A stretch of 64,000 nucleotides of DNA from Mobula hypostoma (lineage: Eukaryota), in assembly GCF_963921235.1 (NCBI RefSeq), contig NC_086108.1:82212001-82276000 (forward strand), written 5' to 3'. Below are positions 12,826-25,368 of the stretch, piece by piece. The notes under the pieces are model-generated. The model did no database searches. It was not told the origin of the DNA and saw only the letters and a list, made by a program, of their open reading frames with translations. Each line of letters starts with the position of its first letter. Position 1 is the stretch's first letter. The translations under genes were made by a program, and so were the position numbers.

Positions 12826-15199
12826 ATGTGCACTTTTATTCTCTTTCAAACTTTTAATCAGTTTAAGGATTTAAAAAAGCAAATTATAATTCCCAGAAGG
12901 ATGGAGAAAGGAACTTATCAAATATTTATTCCTCAATCCAAATTATATTAGTCTGACAAAGTTTCCCATGACAATTTTAGATGTCAGAAATGTAAAAGGT
13001 GCTGAATTTTCCTATGAAATACTGGCTGGCTGCCTCTCCAGCCACCACCTAGAATTAAGCATCAATAAATTAGAACTAACACTTTTCTATCTCTACATTC
13101 ATCAGATCAAAAGCTCACTGAATCTTAAAACAGTGAAATATACCTTTATAGGGATCATGTGACAGCCTGTCTACGTGGTAAATTAGACTATTCCCTCTTC
13201 TATAAACATTCCTTTCGAAACATCAGTAGTGAACTCTCTGCATGGGTAGCCACCACACCCAGTTAACATGACACAGGATACTCTCTTCCAAATGCTTCGA
13301 ACAACCGCATTTGCCAGGCTACATGTCACAAAACTTCTGGCCCAGAAATGCTCACACAAAAAAATTTAATACCACATTTAGCAACATGCTGAAAGCTCTC
13401 ACATGTCACGCAGTTTAGACACATACTTTGTGTATTAACCCAAGGTAACAGAGCCTATCACTACTGTGGCCAAAGAAGGTAAGAGATGACAAAAGTTACT
13501 TCCTCCATCGACAGAGAACTGAGTTCCTCAGCAGGAGGTGGTAAGACACTCAAGCTGAAAACAAAATTCTTCAGCTCATATTTTTCTCTATTTTTACATA
13601 GAAAGTATTTGTCCCATCATGCCCCCAGTTCCCAAAAGAGCATACTCATTAGTCTTATTCCCAAAATCCGTGTTTCTCTATGCCTCCTCCACAGATAGCG
13701 CTGAGGTTCGGATCAAACCAGGGTCACTTAAACTGCGAGGTAATGCCAAGTACTACAACACTGTGCCATCCAACAAGGAAGAGGCGTAGACTGCTGACTG
13801 CTGAACTGGACTTTCTGGGCAACAAAGGCGGGAACAACTTGGACTGAGGGGATATTAGATTTTTAGCTTTAGACAACCTTGACAATCAGGAAAAAGCTTC
13901 CAAAAGTACCAAGTCTTTGTAGATTGAAGAGGTAGAGGCAAGAATCACACTGAGATGCCCATCCATTACTGGAAGAGGAACTTGTTTCCTGGGAGCAACT
14001 GAGTGGATCAGTAACAAGATGTGATTGGAACTAAAAGTGATCCTGTTTGGGGAAAAATAAATGTTGCATCATGAGCGAGTTTAAGAAAATGATTTGATCA
14101 TTAATATTGCATCATCTTAGTCACTATTTCTTTCAGTGTCAGCTCCTTGTTAAAATAACTATTCTTCTGGAGGATGTAATCTGATGAAAGAGGTTCCAAA
14201 ATCTCAGAACTAGTCCGAAGTTTTCAGAAATAAAGGATGAGCATCCATGACATTACTCAAAGCAACCTGTTCAAATCATAGGCGCATTAAAGTAACTTAA
14301 ACGTTTCTTCTGAATGTTTTTTTCTGCTGCCATTTAGAAACGCATTTTCACGGTTCTATTTATTAACCGGCCAGGATTCTGCATTGGCTTCTTATCCACA
14401 AAGCTGCTATTAAAAGCCGTATTTCTAAGCCCACTTTCACTGTCTCATCTCATTGCAATTAATAGCACCTTTAAAATTTTGAATGGAAACAAATCTCAGA
14501 GGTAGGTTGAAAAGCCAATGTTTATTTCAGTATCCATATATTTATATTAAGCCCTCAAAGAAGCTTTGAGAAAATAAAACAAAATGCAAATGAATAGAGG
14601 AGACTGTGAAGGTTCTTAATAAGTATCTATTTGGGAGTGACTAGAGCTATGCTAAACATCAGACATGCAAATTAAAGTTTCACAAGAATTTCTTATGGAA
14701 ACATATCAGTTTATTTTCTGAATGACTTTGAGGAGTAACTTTGCGTATTGGTACTGGTTTATTATTGCAACGTGTACGAAGATACAGTGAAAAACTTCTC
14801 TTGTATATATCTGTTGAGACAGATCAAATTACTACATAGTGCATTGAGCCAGAATAAAGTAAAAAAAAAATAACTTTTCAGAATAAAGTGCAGAAGGTAC
14901 TGAACAAGTGTAGTGCAGGTAAGCTATAAAGTGCAAGATCATAATGAGGTAGATCGCGAGGCCAGATGTCCATCTTATCGTACTGGAGGTCCATTCAAGA
15001 GGCTTTTGACAGTGGGATAGAAGCTGTCCTTGAGCCTAGTGGTAAGTGTTTTTAAGATTTGTATCTTCTGCCTGATGGGAGGAGGAGAAGAGAAAATGTC
15101 TGGGGTGGGTGGGGTCTGATTGTGCTGGTTGCTTTCCTAAGGCAGCGGGAAGTATAGAGGAAGTTCATAGAGGGAAGGCCAGTTTAATTGATGTGCACG

Positions 15200-18177
15200 T
15201 TAGACAGACAAGTGGGTAACAATCATGAGAGGAAGGGATACTAGAGAGTACCCCTGTGTCTGTACCCCTTGACAATAAGTACTCCTGTTTGAGTACTGCT
15301 GGGGGCGGGGAACAGCCTACCAGGGGGAAGCGACAGTGGCCGTGCCTCTAGCACAGAGTCTGGCCCTGTGGCTCAGAAGGGTAGGAAAAGGAAGAGGATG
15401 GCAGCAGTGATAGGGGACTCTATAGTTAGGTGGCCAGACAGGCGATTCTGTGGACGCAGGAAAGAAGCACGGATGGTAGTTTGCCTCCCAGGTGCCAGGG
15501 TCCAGGATGTTTCTGATCATGTCCATGATATCCTGAAGTGGGAAGGAGAACAGCCAGAGGTCGTGGTACATATTGGTACCAATGACATAGGCAGGAAAAG
15601 GGAGGAGGTTCTGAAAGCAGACTACAGAGAGTTAGGAAGGAAGTTGAGAAGCAGGACCACAAAGGTAGCCATCTCAGGATTACTGCCTGTGTCACGTGAC
15701 AGTGAGTATAGGAACAGAGTGAAGTGGAGGATAAATGCGTGGTTGAGGGATTGGAGCAGGGGGCAGGGATTCAGATTTCTGGATCATTGGGACCTCTTTT
15801 GGGGCAGGTGTGACCTGTACAAAAAGGATGGGTTGCACTTGAATCCCAGGGGGACCAATATCCTGGCCGGTAGGTTTGCTAAGGCTGCTGGGGAGGGTTT
15901 AAAATAGGATTGCTGGGGGGGGGCGGTGGGAACTGAACTGAAGAGATGGAGGAAGAGGCAATTGGCTCACAAATAGAGAAAGCTTGGAGACAGTGTGAGA
16001 GGGAGGATAGGCAGATGATCGAGAAGGGACGTGCTCAGACTGATTTGAGATGTGTCTATTTTAATACAAGGAGTATTATGAACAAAGCGGATGAGCTTAG
16101 AGCGTGGATCAGTACTTGGAGCAATGATGTTCCAGCCATTACAGAGACCTGGATGGCTCAGGGGCAGGAATGATTACTTAGAGTGCCAGGCTTTAGATGT
16201 TTCAGAAAGGACAGGGAGGGAGGTGGGGCGTGGCACTGCTGATCAGAGATAGTGTCACAGCTGCAGAAAAGGAGGAAGACTTGGAGGGATTGTCTACTGA
16301 ATTTCTGTGGGTGGAAGTTAGAAACAGGAAGGGGTCAATAACTCTACTGGGTGTTTTTAATAGACCACCCAATAGTAATGGACATTGAGGAGCAGATAGG
16401 GAGATAGATTCTGGAAAGGTGTAATAATAATGGAGTTGTCATGGTGGGAGATTTTAATTTCCCAAATATTGATTGGCATCTCTCTAGAGCAAGAGGTTTC
16501 AATGGGGTGGAGTTTGATAGGTGTGTTCAGGAAGGTTTCTTGACACATTATATAGACAAGCCTACAAGAGGAGAGGCTGTTCTTGATCTGGTATTGGGAA
16601 ATGAACCTAGTCAGGTGTCAGATCTCTCAGTGGGAGAGCATTTTGGAGATAGTGATCACAATTCTAACTCCTTTACCATAGGATTGGAGAGGGATAGGAA
16701 CAGACAAGTTAGGAAAGTATTTAATTGGAGTAAGGGGAAATATGAGGCTATCAGGCAGGAGCTTGGAAGCATAAATTGGGAATAGATGTTCTCAGGGAAA
16801 TGTATGGAAGAAATGTGGCAAATGTTCAGGGGATATTTGCGTGGAGTTCTGCATAGGTATGTTCCAATGTGACAGGGAAAGGATGGTAGGGTACAGGAAC
16901 CAAGGTGTACAAAGGCTGTTGTAAATCTAGTCAAGAAGAAAAGAAGAGATTATGAAAGGTTCAAAAAGCTAGGTAATGATAGAGATCTAGAAGATTATAA
17001 GGCTAGCAGGAAGGAGCTTAAGAAAGAAATTATGAGAGCCAGAAGGGGCCATGAGAAGACCTTGCTAAACAGGTTTAAGGAAAACCCCAATGCATTCTAC
17101 AAGTATGTGAAGAGCAAGAGGATAAGACGTGAGAGAATAGGGCCAATCAAGTGTGACAGTGTAAAAGTGTGTATGGAACCGGAGGAGATAGCAGAGGTGC
17201 TTAATGAGTATCTTGCTTCAGTATTCACTACGGAAGAGGACCTTGGCGATTGTAGGGATGACTTACAGCGGACTGAAAAGCTTGAGCATGTAAATATTAA
17301 GAAAGAGGATGTGCAGGAGCTTTTGGAAAGCATCAAGTTGATTAAGTCACCGGGACCGGACGGGATGTACCCCAGGCTACTGTGGGAGTTGAGAGAGGAG
17401 ATTGCTGAGCCTCTGGCGATGATCGTTGCATCATCAATGAGGACAGGAGAGGTTCTGGAGGATTGGAGAGTTGTGGATGTTGTTCCATTATTCAAGAAAG
17501 GGAGTAGAGATAGCCCAGGAAATTATAGACCACTGAGTCTTACTTCAGTGGTTGGTCAGATGATGGAGAAGATCCTGAGAGGCAAGATTTATGAACATTT
17601 GGAGAAGTATAATATGATTAGGAATAGTCAGCATGGCTTTCTGAAAGGCAGGTCATGCCTTATGTGCCTGATTGAATTTCTTGAGGGTGTGACTAAACAC
17701 ATTGATGAAGTTAGAGCAGTAGATGTAGTGTATATGGATTTCAGCAAGGCATCTGACAAGGTACCCTAAGCAAGGCTAATTGAAAAAGTAAGGAGGCATG
17801 GGATCCAAGGGGACATTGCTTTGTCGATCCAGAACTGGCTTGCCGACAGAAGGCAAGGAGTGGTTGTAGATGGGTCATATTCTGCATGGAGGTCAGTCAT
17901 TAGTGGTGTGCCTCAGGGATCCGTTCTGGGACTCCTTCTCTTTGTGATTTTTATAAATGACCTGGATGAAGAAGTGGAGGGATAGGTTAGTAAATTTTCT
18001 GATGACACAAAGGTTGGAGGTGTTGTGGATAGTGTGGAGGGCTGTCAGAGGTTACAGTGGGACATCGATAGGATGCAAAACTGGGCTGAGAAGTGGCAGA
18101 TGGAGTTCAACCCAGATAAGTGTGAGGTGGTTCATTTTGGTAGGTCAAATATGATGACAGAATATAGTATTAATGGT
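15200..18177 (+). mobile_element. CR1 LINE with SGNH-esterase ORF1 and disrupted APE-RT ORF2, truncated at both ends
   Basis: ORF1 has GDSIVR...HIGTND...DGLHLN. ORF2 has the endonuclease motifs ITETW, GDFN and DSDHN and the RT motifs KSPGPDG, NYRPLSLTS, SQHGF and MDFSKA, with multiple stops and frameshifts. It stops at ~18177 without a 3' tail. Confidence 0.95.
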
Positions 18178-18550
18178 TCAAATTGTGTTACTGTTGTAAC
18201 AGGGGTTCACATACATCAGACCACTGAAGGTTTAAAGATGAAACTTGCAGAAAATGCAACAAAGTAGGACATAAATTTAAAGCATGTTAGGCAGACAAAA
18301 ATAAATGGACTGCACAGGGAAGATAAAAAGTCAAGTTGCAGTTTCAAAAAGAGTTAGCAAAAGGTTGGTCTAAATACCCCTCTAAACCTTTTTCACTATC
18401 CACTGCACATCCAATGTTGATATTATTCACATGATTCTAAAGAACTGAATATTACATTACAAATCTTTTCCTTCATATCGACATTGATGCATTGCAGTAA
18501 TATTACACTGCATGTAATTTATCACTGTCCACCACAATTAACACCTTTTG

Positions 18551-18770
18551 TAACACACATCAAAGTTGCTGGTGAACGCAGCAGGCCAGGCCGCATCTCT
18601 AGGAAGAGGTACAGTCCACGTTTCGAGCTGAGACCCTTCGTCAGGGTCTAGAAGGGTCTCAGCCCGAAACGTCGACTGTATCTCTTCCTAGAGATGTTGC
18701 CTGGCCTGCTTCGTTCACCAGCAACGTTGATGTGTGTTACTTGAATTTCCAGCATCTGCAGAATTCCTCG
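18551..18770. mobile_element. Inverted pair of Penelope 3' tails forming an 89-bp-arm palindrome
   Basis: 18551-18639 is the reverse complement of 18651-18739 (~7 mismatches, 11-nt loop). Possible TSD TGTAACA (18549-18555 and 18771-18777). Confidence 0.9.
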
Positions 18771-18884
18771 TGTAACAATTTTTGTTCTAATTTTGTCCTT
18801 TCCTTTGAAAATTATGTATAATAGACATGTTTTCCCTGTGAATGCTGTTTAACTGAATCAATAACTCGAGCATGCACTGAGGAA

Positions 18885-18977
18885 TGAGAGCGAGATTCGC
18901 GATTTCGTACTTTCTGAGTAGAGTGCTGACCCGTTGTTGCAGCTGCGCATGTGCACGGCAGCGCGTTTCCCGGACAG
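18885..18977 (+). promoter_or_regulatory. PARS2: PARS2 promoter / 5' non-coding exon with NRF1-like site
   Basis: Local CpG cluster. TGCGCATGTGCA at 18944-18955 is 1 mismatch from the NRF1 consensus TGCGCATGCGCA. Strong donor CAG|gtgagg at 18977/18978. PARS2 is known to have a non-coding first exon. Confidence 0.7.
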
Positions 18978-19735
18978 GTGAGGACAGCAATGGGGTTTGG
19001 GAGGCGATATTAAGAATCTGGTTACAGTCCTGTCATTTAGGCAAGGAAAGTTGAGTTGGCAGTAAATGACCAATTACCTCTGATTCCAGCTCCTTCTCTG
19101 CAGCTTTCAGCAGGTAGACGACCCAGAGTGGTTCTGAGACTACTGCATTACTGCTGGGATTGGCGTCCTCCACCTCTTCCTTGAGCTCAAATCAGCCCCA
19201 CGTCCTGACTACCTGCTCACAAAGCCGATCTCCAAGGCATTCTCACCTTCCCCACCCTAACACCGTCAAGCAAATCGTTGATAAAGATCATGGAGCTACA
19301 ATTTTTCATCAGAGTTGGAGACGAACGACTCTGCAGATGCTGAAAATTTTGTGTGTTTTACTGGATTAAGTAGGCGACCTAATCACAAGCAGAAAACTAG
19401 TTGCATTCTTAATAGTTACCCTCTGGATCTATGTGGAAACATTTTATGGTTCCCAGAACTCATCTCTCATTGTAATAAACTTTTGAAGCTTAGGATATAG
19501 TGGAGGTAAAACCAGGGCAGGCAAAAATCATAAGGCATAATACCAAGATACAGTGGAAACACTTTGTTTAGCATACTGTCCAGATAGACAACTCAAAACT
19601 TAAGTATATCGAGATGGTACAAAAGTAAAAGCAATAAAAGAATGCAGGATATGGTGTTCCTGTGGCAGAGGAAGTACAGTACAGGTTGACAAATATAGTA
19701 CAGGGGCCATGACAATGTCGATTGAAAGGTCAAGA

Positions 19736-20860
19736 GTGGCATGGTAGTATAGTGGTTAGCACAACGCTTTACAGTTCCGGTGACAGGGGTTCAATTCCTG
19801 TCACTGCCTGTAGGGAGTTTGTATGTTCTCCCCCTGACCATGAGTTTCCTCCGGGTGCTCCAGTTTCCTCCCATAGTCCAAAGACCTACTGGTCGATAGG
19901 TTAATTGTAAATTGTCCCATGATTAGTTATAGTCATACTTTATTGATCCCAGGGGAAATTGTGTTACAGTTGCACCATAAATAATAGTAATAAAACTATA
20001 AATAGTTAAATAGTAATATGTAAATTATGCCAGGAAATAAGTCCAGGACCAGCCTATTGGCTCAGGGTGTCTGAAACTCCAAGGGAGGAGTTGTAAAGTT
20101 TGATGGCCACAGGCAGGAATGGCTTCCTATGACGCTCTGTGTTGCATCTCGGTGGAATGAGTCTGACTGAATGTACTCCTGTGCCCAACCACTACATTAT
20201 ATAGTGGATGGGAGACATTGTCCAAGATGGCATGCAACTTGGACAGCATCCTCTTTTCAGACACCACCGTCAGAGAGTCCAGTTCCATCCCCACAACATC
20301 ACTGGCCTTACAAATGAGTTTGTTGATTCTGTTGGTGTCTGCTACCCTCAGCCTGCTGCCCCAGCACACAACAGCAAACATGATAGCACTGGCCACCAGA
20401 GACTCGTAGAACATCCTCAGCATCGTCCAGTAGATGTTAAAGGACCTCAGTCTCCTCAGGAAATAGAGACGGCTCTGACCCTTCTTGTAGACAGCCTCAG
20501 TGTTCTTTGACCAGTCCAGTTTATTGTCAATTTGTATCCCCAGGTATTTGTAATCCTCCACCATGTCCACACTGAGCCCCAAATGGAAACAGGGGTCGCC
20601 GGTGCCTTAGCTCTCCTCAGGTCTACCACCAGCTCCTTAGTCTTTTTCACATTAAGCTGCAGATAATTCTGCTCACACCATGTGACAAAGTTTCCTACCA
20701 TAGCCCTGTACTCAGCCTCATCTCCCTTGCTGATGCATCCAACTATGGCAGAGTCATCAGAAACTTCTGAAGATGACGACATAAATTGGGGGATTGCTGG
20801 GTAGCCTGGCTTGAAGGGCCGGAAAGGCTTATTCTATCCAGTGTGTCAATAAATAAATAA
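19736..20860 (+). mobile_element. V-SINE (HE1-like) split by a Rex1 insertion (head 19736-19927, tail 20778-20860)
   Basis: tRNA-like A/B boxes (GGTAGTATAGTGG; GGTTCAATTCC), V-domain TCCTCCGGGTGCTCCAGTTTCCTCCC and an (AAAT)n tail after the insertion. Confidence 0.85.
19928..20777 (-). mobile_element. Rex1/Babar LINE, 5'-truncated copy
   Basis: DDSAIVGCI...LNVKKTKELVVD...YKYLG..DNKLDW...KKGQSRLYFLRRLRSF. Highly similar to 26926-27805. Confidence 0.9.
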
Positions 20861-21049
20861 GTTCATCTGTATCATTTGAAAGATCTGTTCTGCTGCCAGC
20901 AGAGATTTGGGGAAGATTGTCCTTCAATGTACACAGCACACAATGTTTTCGTCCCTCATCAATCAGTGTATAGATTTTGAAAGCATGTTAATTTTTTAAG
21001 ACTTCCACTGATTTTGTTATTCTTTTTAGAATTATCTATCAGATTTCTA

Positions 21050-22459
21050 ATGGAGGTGGCAATATATTCTTCAGTGGGATTGTTCAAGAACCTCGCCCGT
21101 GGTTTCCTGTATTCGCAGAGGTCGCATTTTCACCAATGCAGGTCAAAACGCCTACTGTTATCTCGCCTCTTTCAGCCTTTGAACCTGCAAGAGGACAGAA
21201 TGGTTGGAGTTGGTCGGTCAGGTGAGCTCACTTGCAAGAGCCAGCGACTGATGCTTCAGGCAGGCCTCATCCAGCCAGCGAACCCGGGCTGCTTTCACTA
21301 TCTGCCGTATACAGTCCGTGCCATGGAGAAACTTATCAGCCTGATCGATGAGGAAATGCAGTCCATTGGGGGCCAGAAAGTGAACATGCCCAGCCTCACC
21401 TCTGCGAACCTGTGGAAGGCCAGTGGACGCTGGGACCTCCTGGGGAAGGAACTATTCAGACTAAAGGACAGGCACAACATGGACTATTGCTTAAGTCCGA
21501 CACATGAGGAAGCTGTGACTGAGCTTGTGGCCACGCAGGGGAACCTTTCATACAAACAACTGCCACTGCTGCTATACCAAGTGACAAGGAAGTTCCGAGA
21601 TGAGCCTAAGCCGCGTTTTGGTTTGCTCCGAGGAAGGGAGTTCTATATGAAAGACATGTACACGTTTGACGTCTCAGAGGGAGCGGCCAAGGAAACTTAC
21701 GAACTTGTGTCTGGTGCTTATGGGCGCATATTTGATCGGTTGGGTTTGCAGTTCGTGAAGGTACAGGCAGACACTGGCAGTATTGGTGGTAAGCTGTCAC
21801 ACGAGTTTCAGCTGCCAGCAGAGATTGGGGAAGATCGCCTTCTGATGTGCTCAGACTGCCATTTTGCGGCGAATGTGGAAACAATGAAGATGGTAGAATC
21901 AAAGTGCCCACAGTGCGATGGTAAACTGATAGAAAGCAGAGGCATTGAGGTGGGACACACCTTTTACCTTGGGACCAAGTATTCACAGGTGTTTGGTGCT
22001 TCATATTCTAACACTGAGAACAAGCCCATCCTGTCAGAGATGGGCTGCTTTGGTCTTGGGATCACACGCATACTGGCTGCAGCAATAGAGGTTTTGTCCA
22101 CTGAAAATGACATTCGGTGGCCCGATCTCCTGGCCCCTTATCAGGTTTGTCTCATTTCCCCTAAGAAAGGCAGCAAGGAGGAGCTGAATTTGCACCAGTT
22201 AGAGTCGCTTTATGAGAATCTGATGGACGTTGTCCCCCAACTTCGTGGAGAGGTACTGTTGGATGACCGCAGTCACTTGACCATTGGCAGGAGATTGAAA
22301 GATGCCAGCCGCCTGGGTTATCCATATGTTGTCATTGCAGGGAAGAGGATTTTGGAAGACCCTGCTGTTTTTGAGGTTAACTGCCAAAATAATGGAACGA
22401 CAGTGTTTCTCACACAAGAAGGTGTGTTGGATTTTCTGAAAAATGTGCAAGTGGCTTAA
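21050..22459 (+). CDS. PARS2: Mitochondrial prolyl-tRNA synthetase, single coding exon (469 aa)
   Basis: Intact ORF with class II motifs PTHEE, KFRDEPKPRFGLLRGREFYMKDMY, GIEVGHTFYLGTKYS and MGCFGLGITR, plus an anticodon-binding C-terminus. tttttag acceptor at 21029; first ATG at 21050. Confidence 0.97.
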   Translation: MEVAIYSSVGLFKNLARGFLYSQRSHFHQCRSKRLLLSRLFQPLNLQEDRMVGVGRSGELTCKSQRLMLQAGLIQPANPGCFHYLPYTVRAMEKLISLIDEEMQSIGGQKVNMPSLTSANLWKASGRWDLLGKELFRLKDRHNMDYCLSPTHEEAVTELVATQGNLSYKQLPLLLYQVTRKFRDEPKPRFGLLRGREFYMKDMYTFDVSEGAAKETYELVSGAYGRIFDRLGLQFVKVQADTGSIGGKLSHEFQLPAEIGEDRLLMCSDCHFAANVETMKMVESKCPQCDGKLIESRGIEVGHTFYLGTKYSQVFGASYSNTENKPILSEMGCFGLGITRILAAAIEVLSTENDIRWPDLLAPYQVCLISPKKGSKEELNLHQLESLYENLMDVVPQLRGEVLLDDRSHLTIGRRLKDASRLGYPYVVIAGKRILEDPAVFEVNCQNNGTTVFLTQEGVLDFLKNVQVA

Positions 22460-22607
22460 TGTTTTAAATTAATCTTAAGTCAAACATACAGGTGAAAAGG
22501 TCCTGATTTTCTACACTGAATCCTTGTAACCCTGTCTTTTTGTAATATGCAGAAAACAATCATGTAAAATACACCAATATATCAGGTAGAATTAGATGTA
22601 GATAGAG

Positions 22608-22613
22608 AATAAA
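22608..22613 (+). terminator. Probable PARS2 polyadenylation signal AATAAA
   Basis: First AATAAA, ~150 nt after the stop codon, followed by T-rich sequence. Confidence 0.55.
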
Positions 22614-22692
22614 CAAAATGTTTTCATTTGATTACATCCCTCTCACTGAGAATCAATGTATTATGCTGGGAATTCCAGTACAGCTATTGAAA

Positions 22693-23458
22693 CTTCTGGT
22701 TAAGATGGCAGTACCAAACGCATGCGGTGGCTCGCTGGTAGTTAAAAAGTTAAGAAATTGGACTAAAAACGTCTGCAGAATTGTTGCAGATGAAGTTCCA
22801 ATGCCCGTACAACGGGCCTGGGTGTGAGGTTGGATCACTCTGGGCGTCGAGCTGACTTGAAGAGCGTGAGAGCGGCTTTGGGCTGGGCGGTGAAACCTGG
22901 GCCCAGGGTAAGTCGCTGGGCAGCGTGTTTCAGGCCCTGAGTCCTTCACAGTAGCTGGGTCCTAGTGTGAGGTACGGACCACTGTTTAGACAGTTTAAAT
23001 ACCGGCCCAGATCGGAGGTGAGATCCAATGTTTCTCTCTGTCTCTCTGTCCGCAATGTTCACTACTCTCTTCAAGGCGCATAAGCCTTTCGCTGTTCAGT
23101 TCTTTTAAACGCCAGCCCAGAAAGACTGAAAAGATGGGGTGTCCGGATCCAAGGCGAGAGCCGATTTTGCTCCTTCTCCAAGTTGATCACTCCTCTCTCC
23201 AGGGCGTTGAGGCTATGAAGACTGCCCTGGCTGCTGTGCTCCGTGCCTGCTAATAAATGAGGCTTTGGGCGTACTTCAGGGTTCGGATCTGACGGTTCAG
23301 AACGTTGTAGTTGGCTTCAATTGTTTGCATGGTTTTGTTGTTTTTTTTTCTTTTTCTTGCGCATCGGGTGCTGGTCTTTTATTTTTTATTCTTTTTGTGG
23401 CTACCTGTGAGCAAACAAATCTCAAGGTTGTATAATTTATAATAAATGTACTTTGAAT
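22693..23458 (+). mobile_element. Non-coding non-autonomous retroposon with LINE-like 5' and 3' ends
   Basis: 9-bp TSD CTATTGAAA (22684-22692 and 23459-23467). Starts CTTCTGGTTAAGATGGC. Ends with the tail AATCTCAAGGTTGTATA...AATAAATGTACTTTGAAT, also seen on the minus strand at ~24515-24570 and ~31920-31980. Confidence 0.75.
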
Positions 23459-23949
23459 CTATTGAAAATGATAATATAGAATCTTGGACAATGTGCTGAA
23501 AAATCAACCAAAACTTTATATGTGTCAATCCAGTAAAACAACGTATTCAAGTGCATAGACTTCATATGCCTGCACTAGCGACGAGGGAACTAGAGTCAGC
23601 AGACATATGTGGCTAGTGCAGCTGCTTTCTTCATGATGCAGCGCATGCAACTTTACAAAACGCAGTTTTACGCAAACAGCACTGAGCGCTGGCCGGGAGG
23701 TCTGCTCCATTGTGGTCGGGTCTTGCAAACCGTGAAAGATTCTGAGGTATTACTTCTCTCAGTTTTGGTGCTTTATCCAAGGCAAATGTAAATGTTTGAT
23801 CATCTGTTGCGATCAATCACAATCTCACAACCGTCATAAATTACCAGAGAGCTGATGACAAATGCAGGGAGTTTGCAGGAATGGTTTGGTGACGGGAATT
23901 TTCCGCTGTCATGGCATTGCAACAGAAAGAGCAACATGTTTTAATTAGT

Positions 23950-24865
23950 CATAGTCACAGAGTCAGCACTGAAACAGCCCTTCAGCATAGCTAGCCCATG
24001 TCAATATAGATGCACATCTGCTCCATGTCAATCAAGATGTGCATCTAAGCTAGTTCCATTTGCCAAGTTTGACCCATATCCCTCTGAACATTTCTTATCC
24101 ATGCGCCTGTTCAAGTGCCTTTTCAATGTTGTTAATGTACTGTACCTTCGACAACCACTTCCTTTGTTGCTCATTTCATATGCAGACTACTCTCTGGGTG
24201 GAAAAAGTTGCCCCTTGGGTTCCTATTAAATCTGTGTCTTCTCACCCTCTTCTACGTCCTCCTGTCTTGTTTCCCGAACCCAGGGAAAAAACTGCACACT
24301 CAGGCGATCTATGCTCATGATTTTACACATCACTACAAGATCAGTACTCATTCTATGCTCCAAGGAATAAAATCATAGCCTTCAGCCTCTATAACTCAGT
24401 CCTTTGAGTGCTGGCAACATCCACATAAATCTTTCCTATAGGAAAATGAGCAGAACTGAAAACAATATTCCAAATGTGGCTTCAGCAGCTTCTTGTACAA
24501 CTGTGACGTAACATTGAAAATACATTTATTATCGAAGTATGTATACAGAGTACAACTCTGAGATTTGTCCTCCCACAGAAAGCCACAAAACAAAGAAACA
24601 CCATGGAACCCCTACAGGAAAACATCAGACACCCAACGCGTGAAAAAATTGCACAAACGGCAAAAAGCAGGCGAACAACACATAGAATTATCAAACCTTA
24701 AACCAGGAGTTCAGTAGGTGTCCTGGTTAATGAAGGCCAGCATGCCAAAAGCTTTCTTTGCCCTTCCATTAACTGTGAAAGTCCTACCCTGATTGTCTTG
24801 TCAAAATGCAACACCTTACACTTTCCTGAATTAAAGTCCATTTGCCTTAGCCCACTTGCCCAGCA
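23950..24865 (-). mobile_element. CR1 3' fragment with a nested LINE-tail insertion (~24510-24700)
   Basis: LYKKLLKPHLEYCFQFCS and KCKVLHF motifs on the minus strand, interrupted by a different repeat tail. Confidence 0.6.
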
Positions 24866-25368
24866 GATCATGATCCCTCTGTAATGGATATATAGTTGTT
24901 ATTTGTCATCTGTATCAGTGGTATGAATGAGAATGTACAAGGCATGTTTATAGCTAACATGAAAATAAGTGATGTCATAGACAATGGAGATGCTCCATCA
25001 CAGTGGAGGTCTGTATGTGAAACTGCTGGAAATGGGGAGGTCCAGAATGAATATTTCTTCTCTGTTTTCTCCATGGAGAAAGACATGAAGACATTAAAAT
25101 TCATGAGAGTTGAGGGGGATGATCCACATTACAGTAGAGGTGCTGGATGAATTTAAATGTAGTGTACGAGGGTAGGTAAATCACCGGGGCCTGATGCATC
25201 CCTTCTAAAGTAAAAGCACAACATTAACCACTCTCCATTCCTCTGGCATCACACGTGAAGATAATGAGGAAGCAAATATTTCAGCTGTGGCTCCGGTGAT
25301 AGCTTATCTACCCTCCCATAGTGTTCTTGCATATATCTGATCAGGCCCTGGAGATACTAGGTGTATCC

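Noticed and set aside
15368-15907. 179-aa SGNH/GDSL esterase as a host gene
   Set aside because: It is the ORF1 esterase of a CR1 LINE, directly followed by APE-RT ORF2. A second decayed copy lies at 25714-26326.
19736-19810. tRNA gene
   Set aside because: The tRNA-like head continues into the V-domain and tail of a SINE, and no complete cloverleaf is evident.
21014-21049. ORF-track N-terminal extension of PARS2 (MLFFLELSIRFL)
   Set aside because: It starts at TTG within the polypyrimidine tract upstream of the acceptor at 21029. The real start is ATG 21050.
23560-23720. CpG patch with GCGCATGC as a promoter of an extra gene
   Set aside because: No convincing exon or ORF is linked to it, so the evidence is too weak to call.
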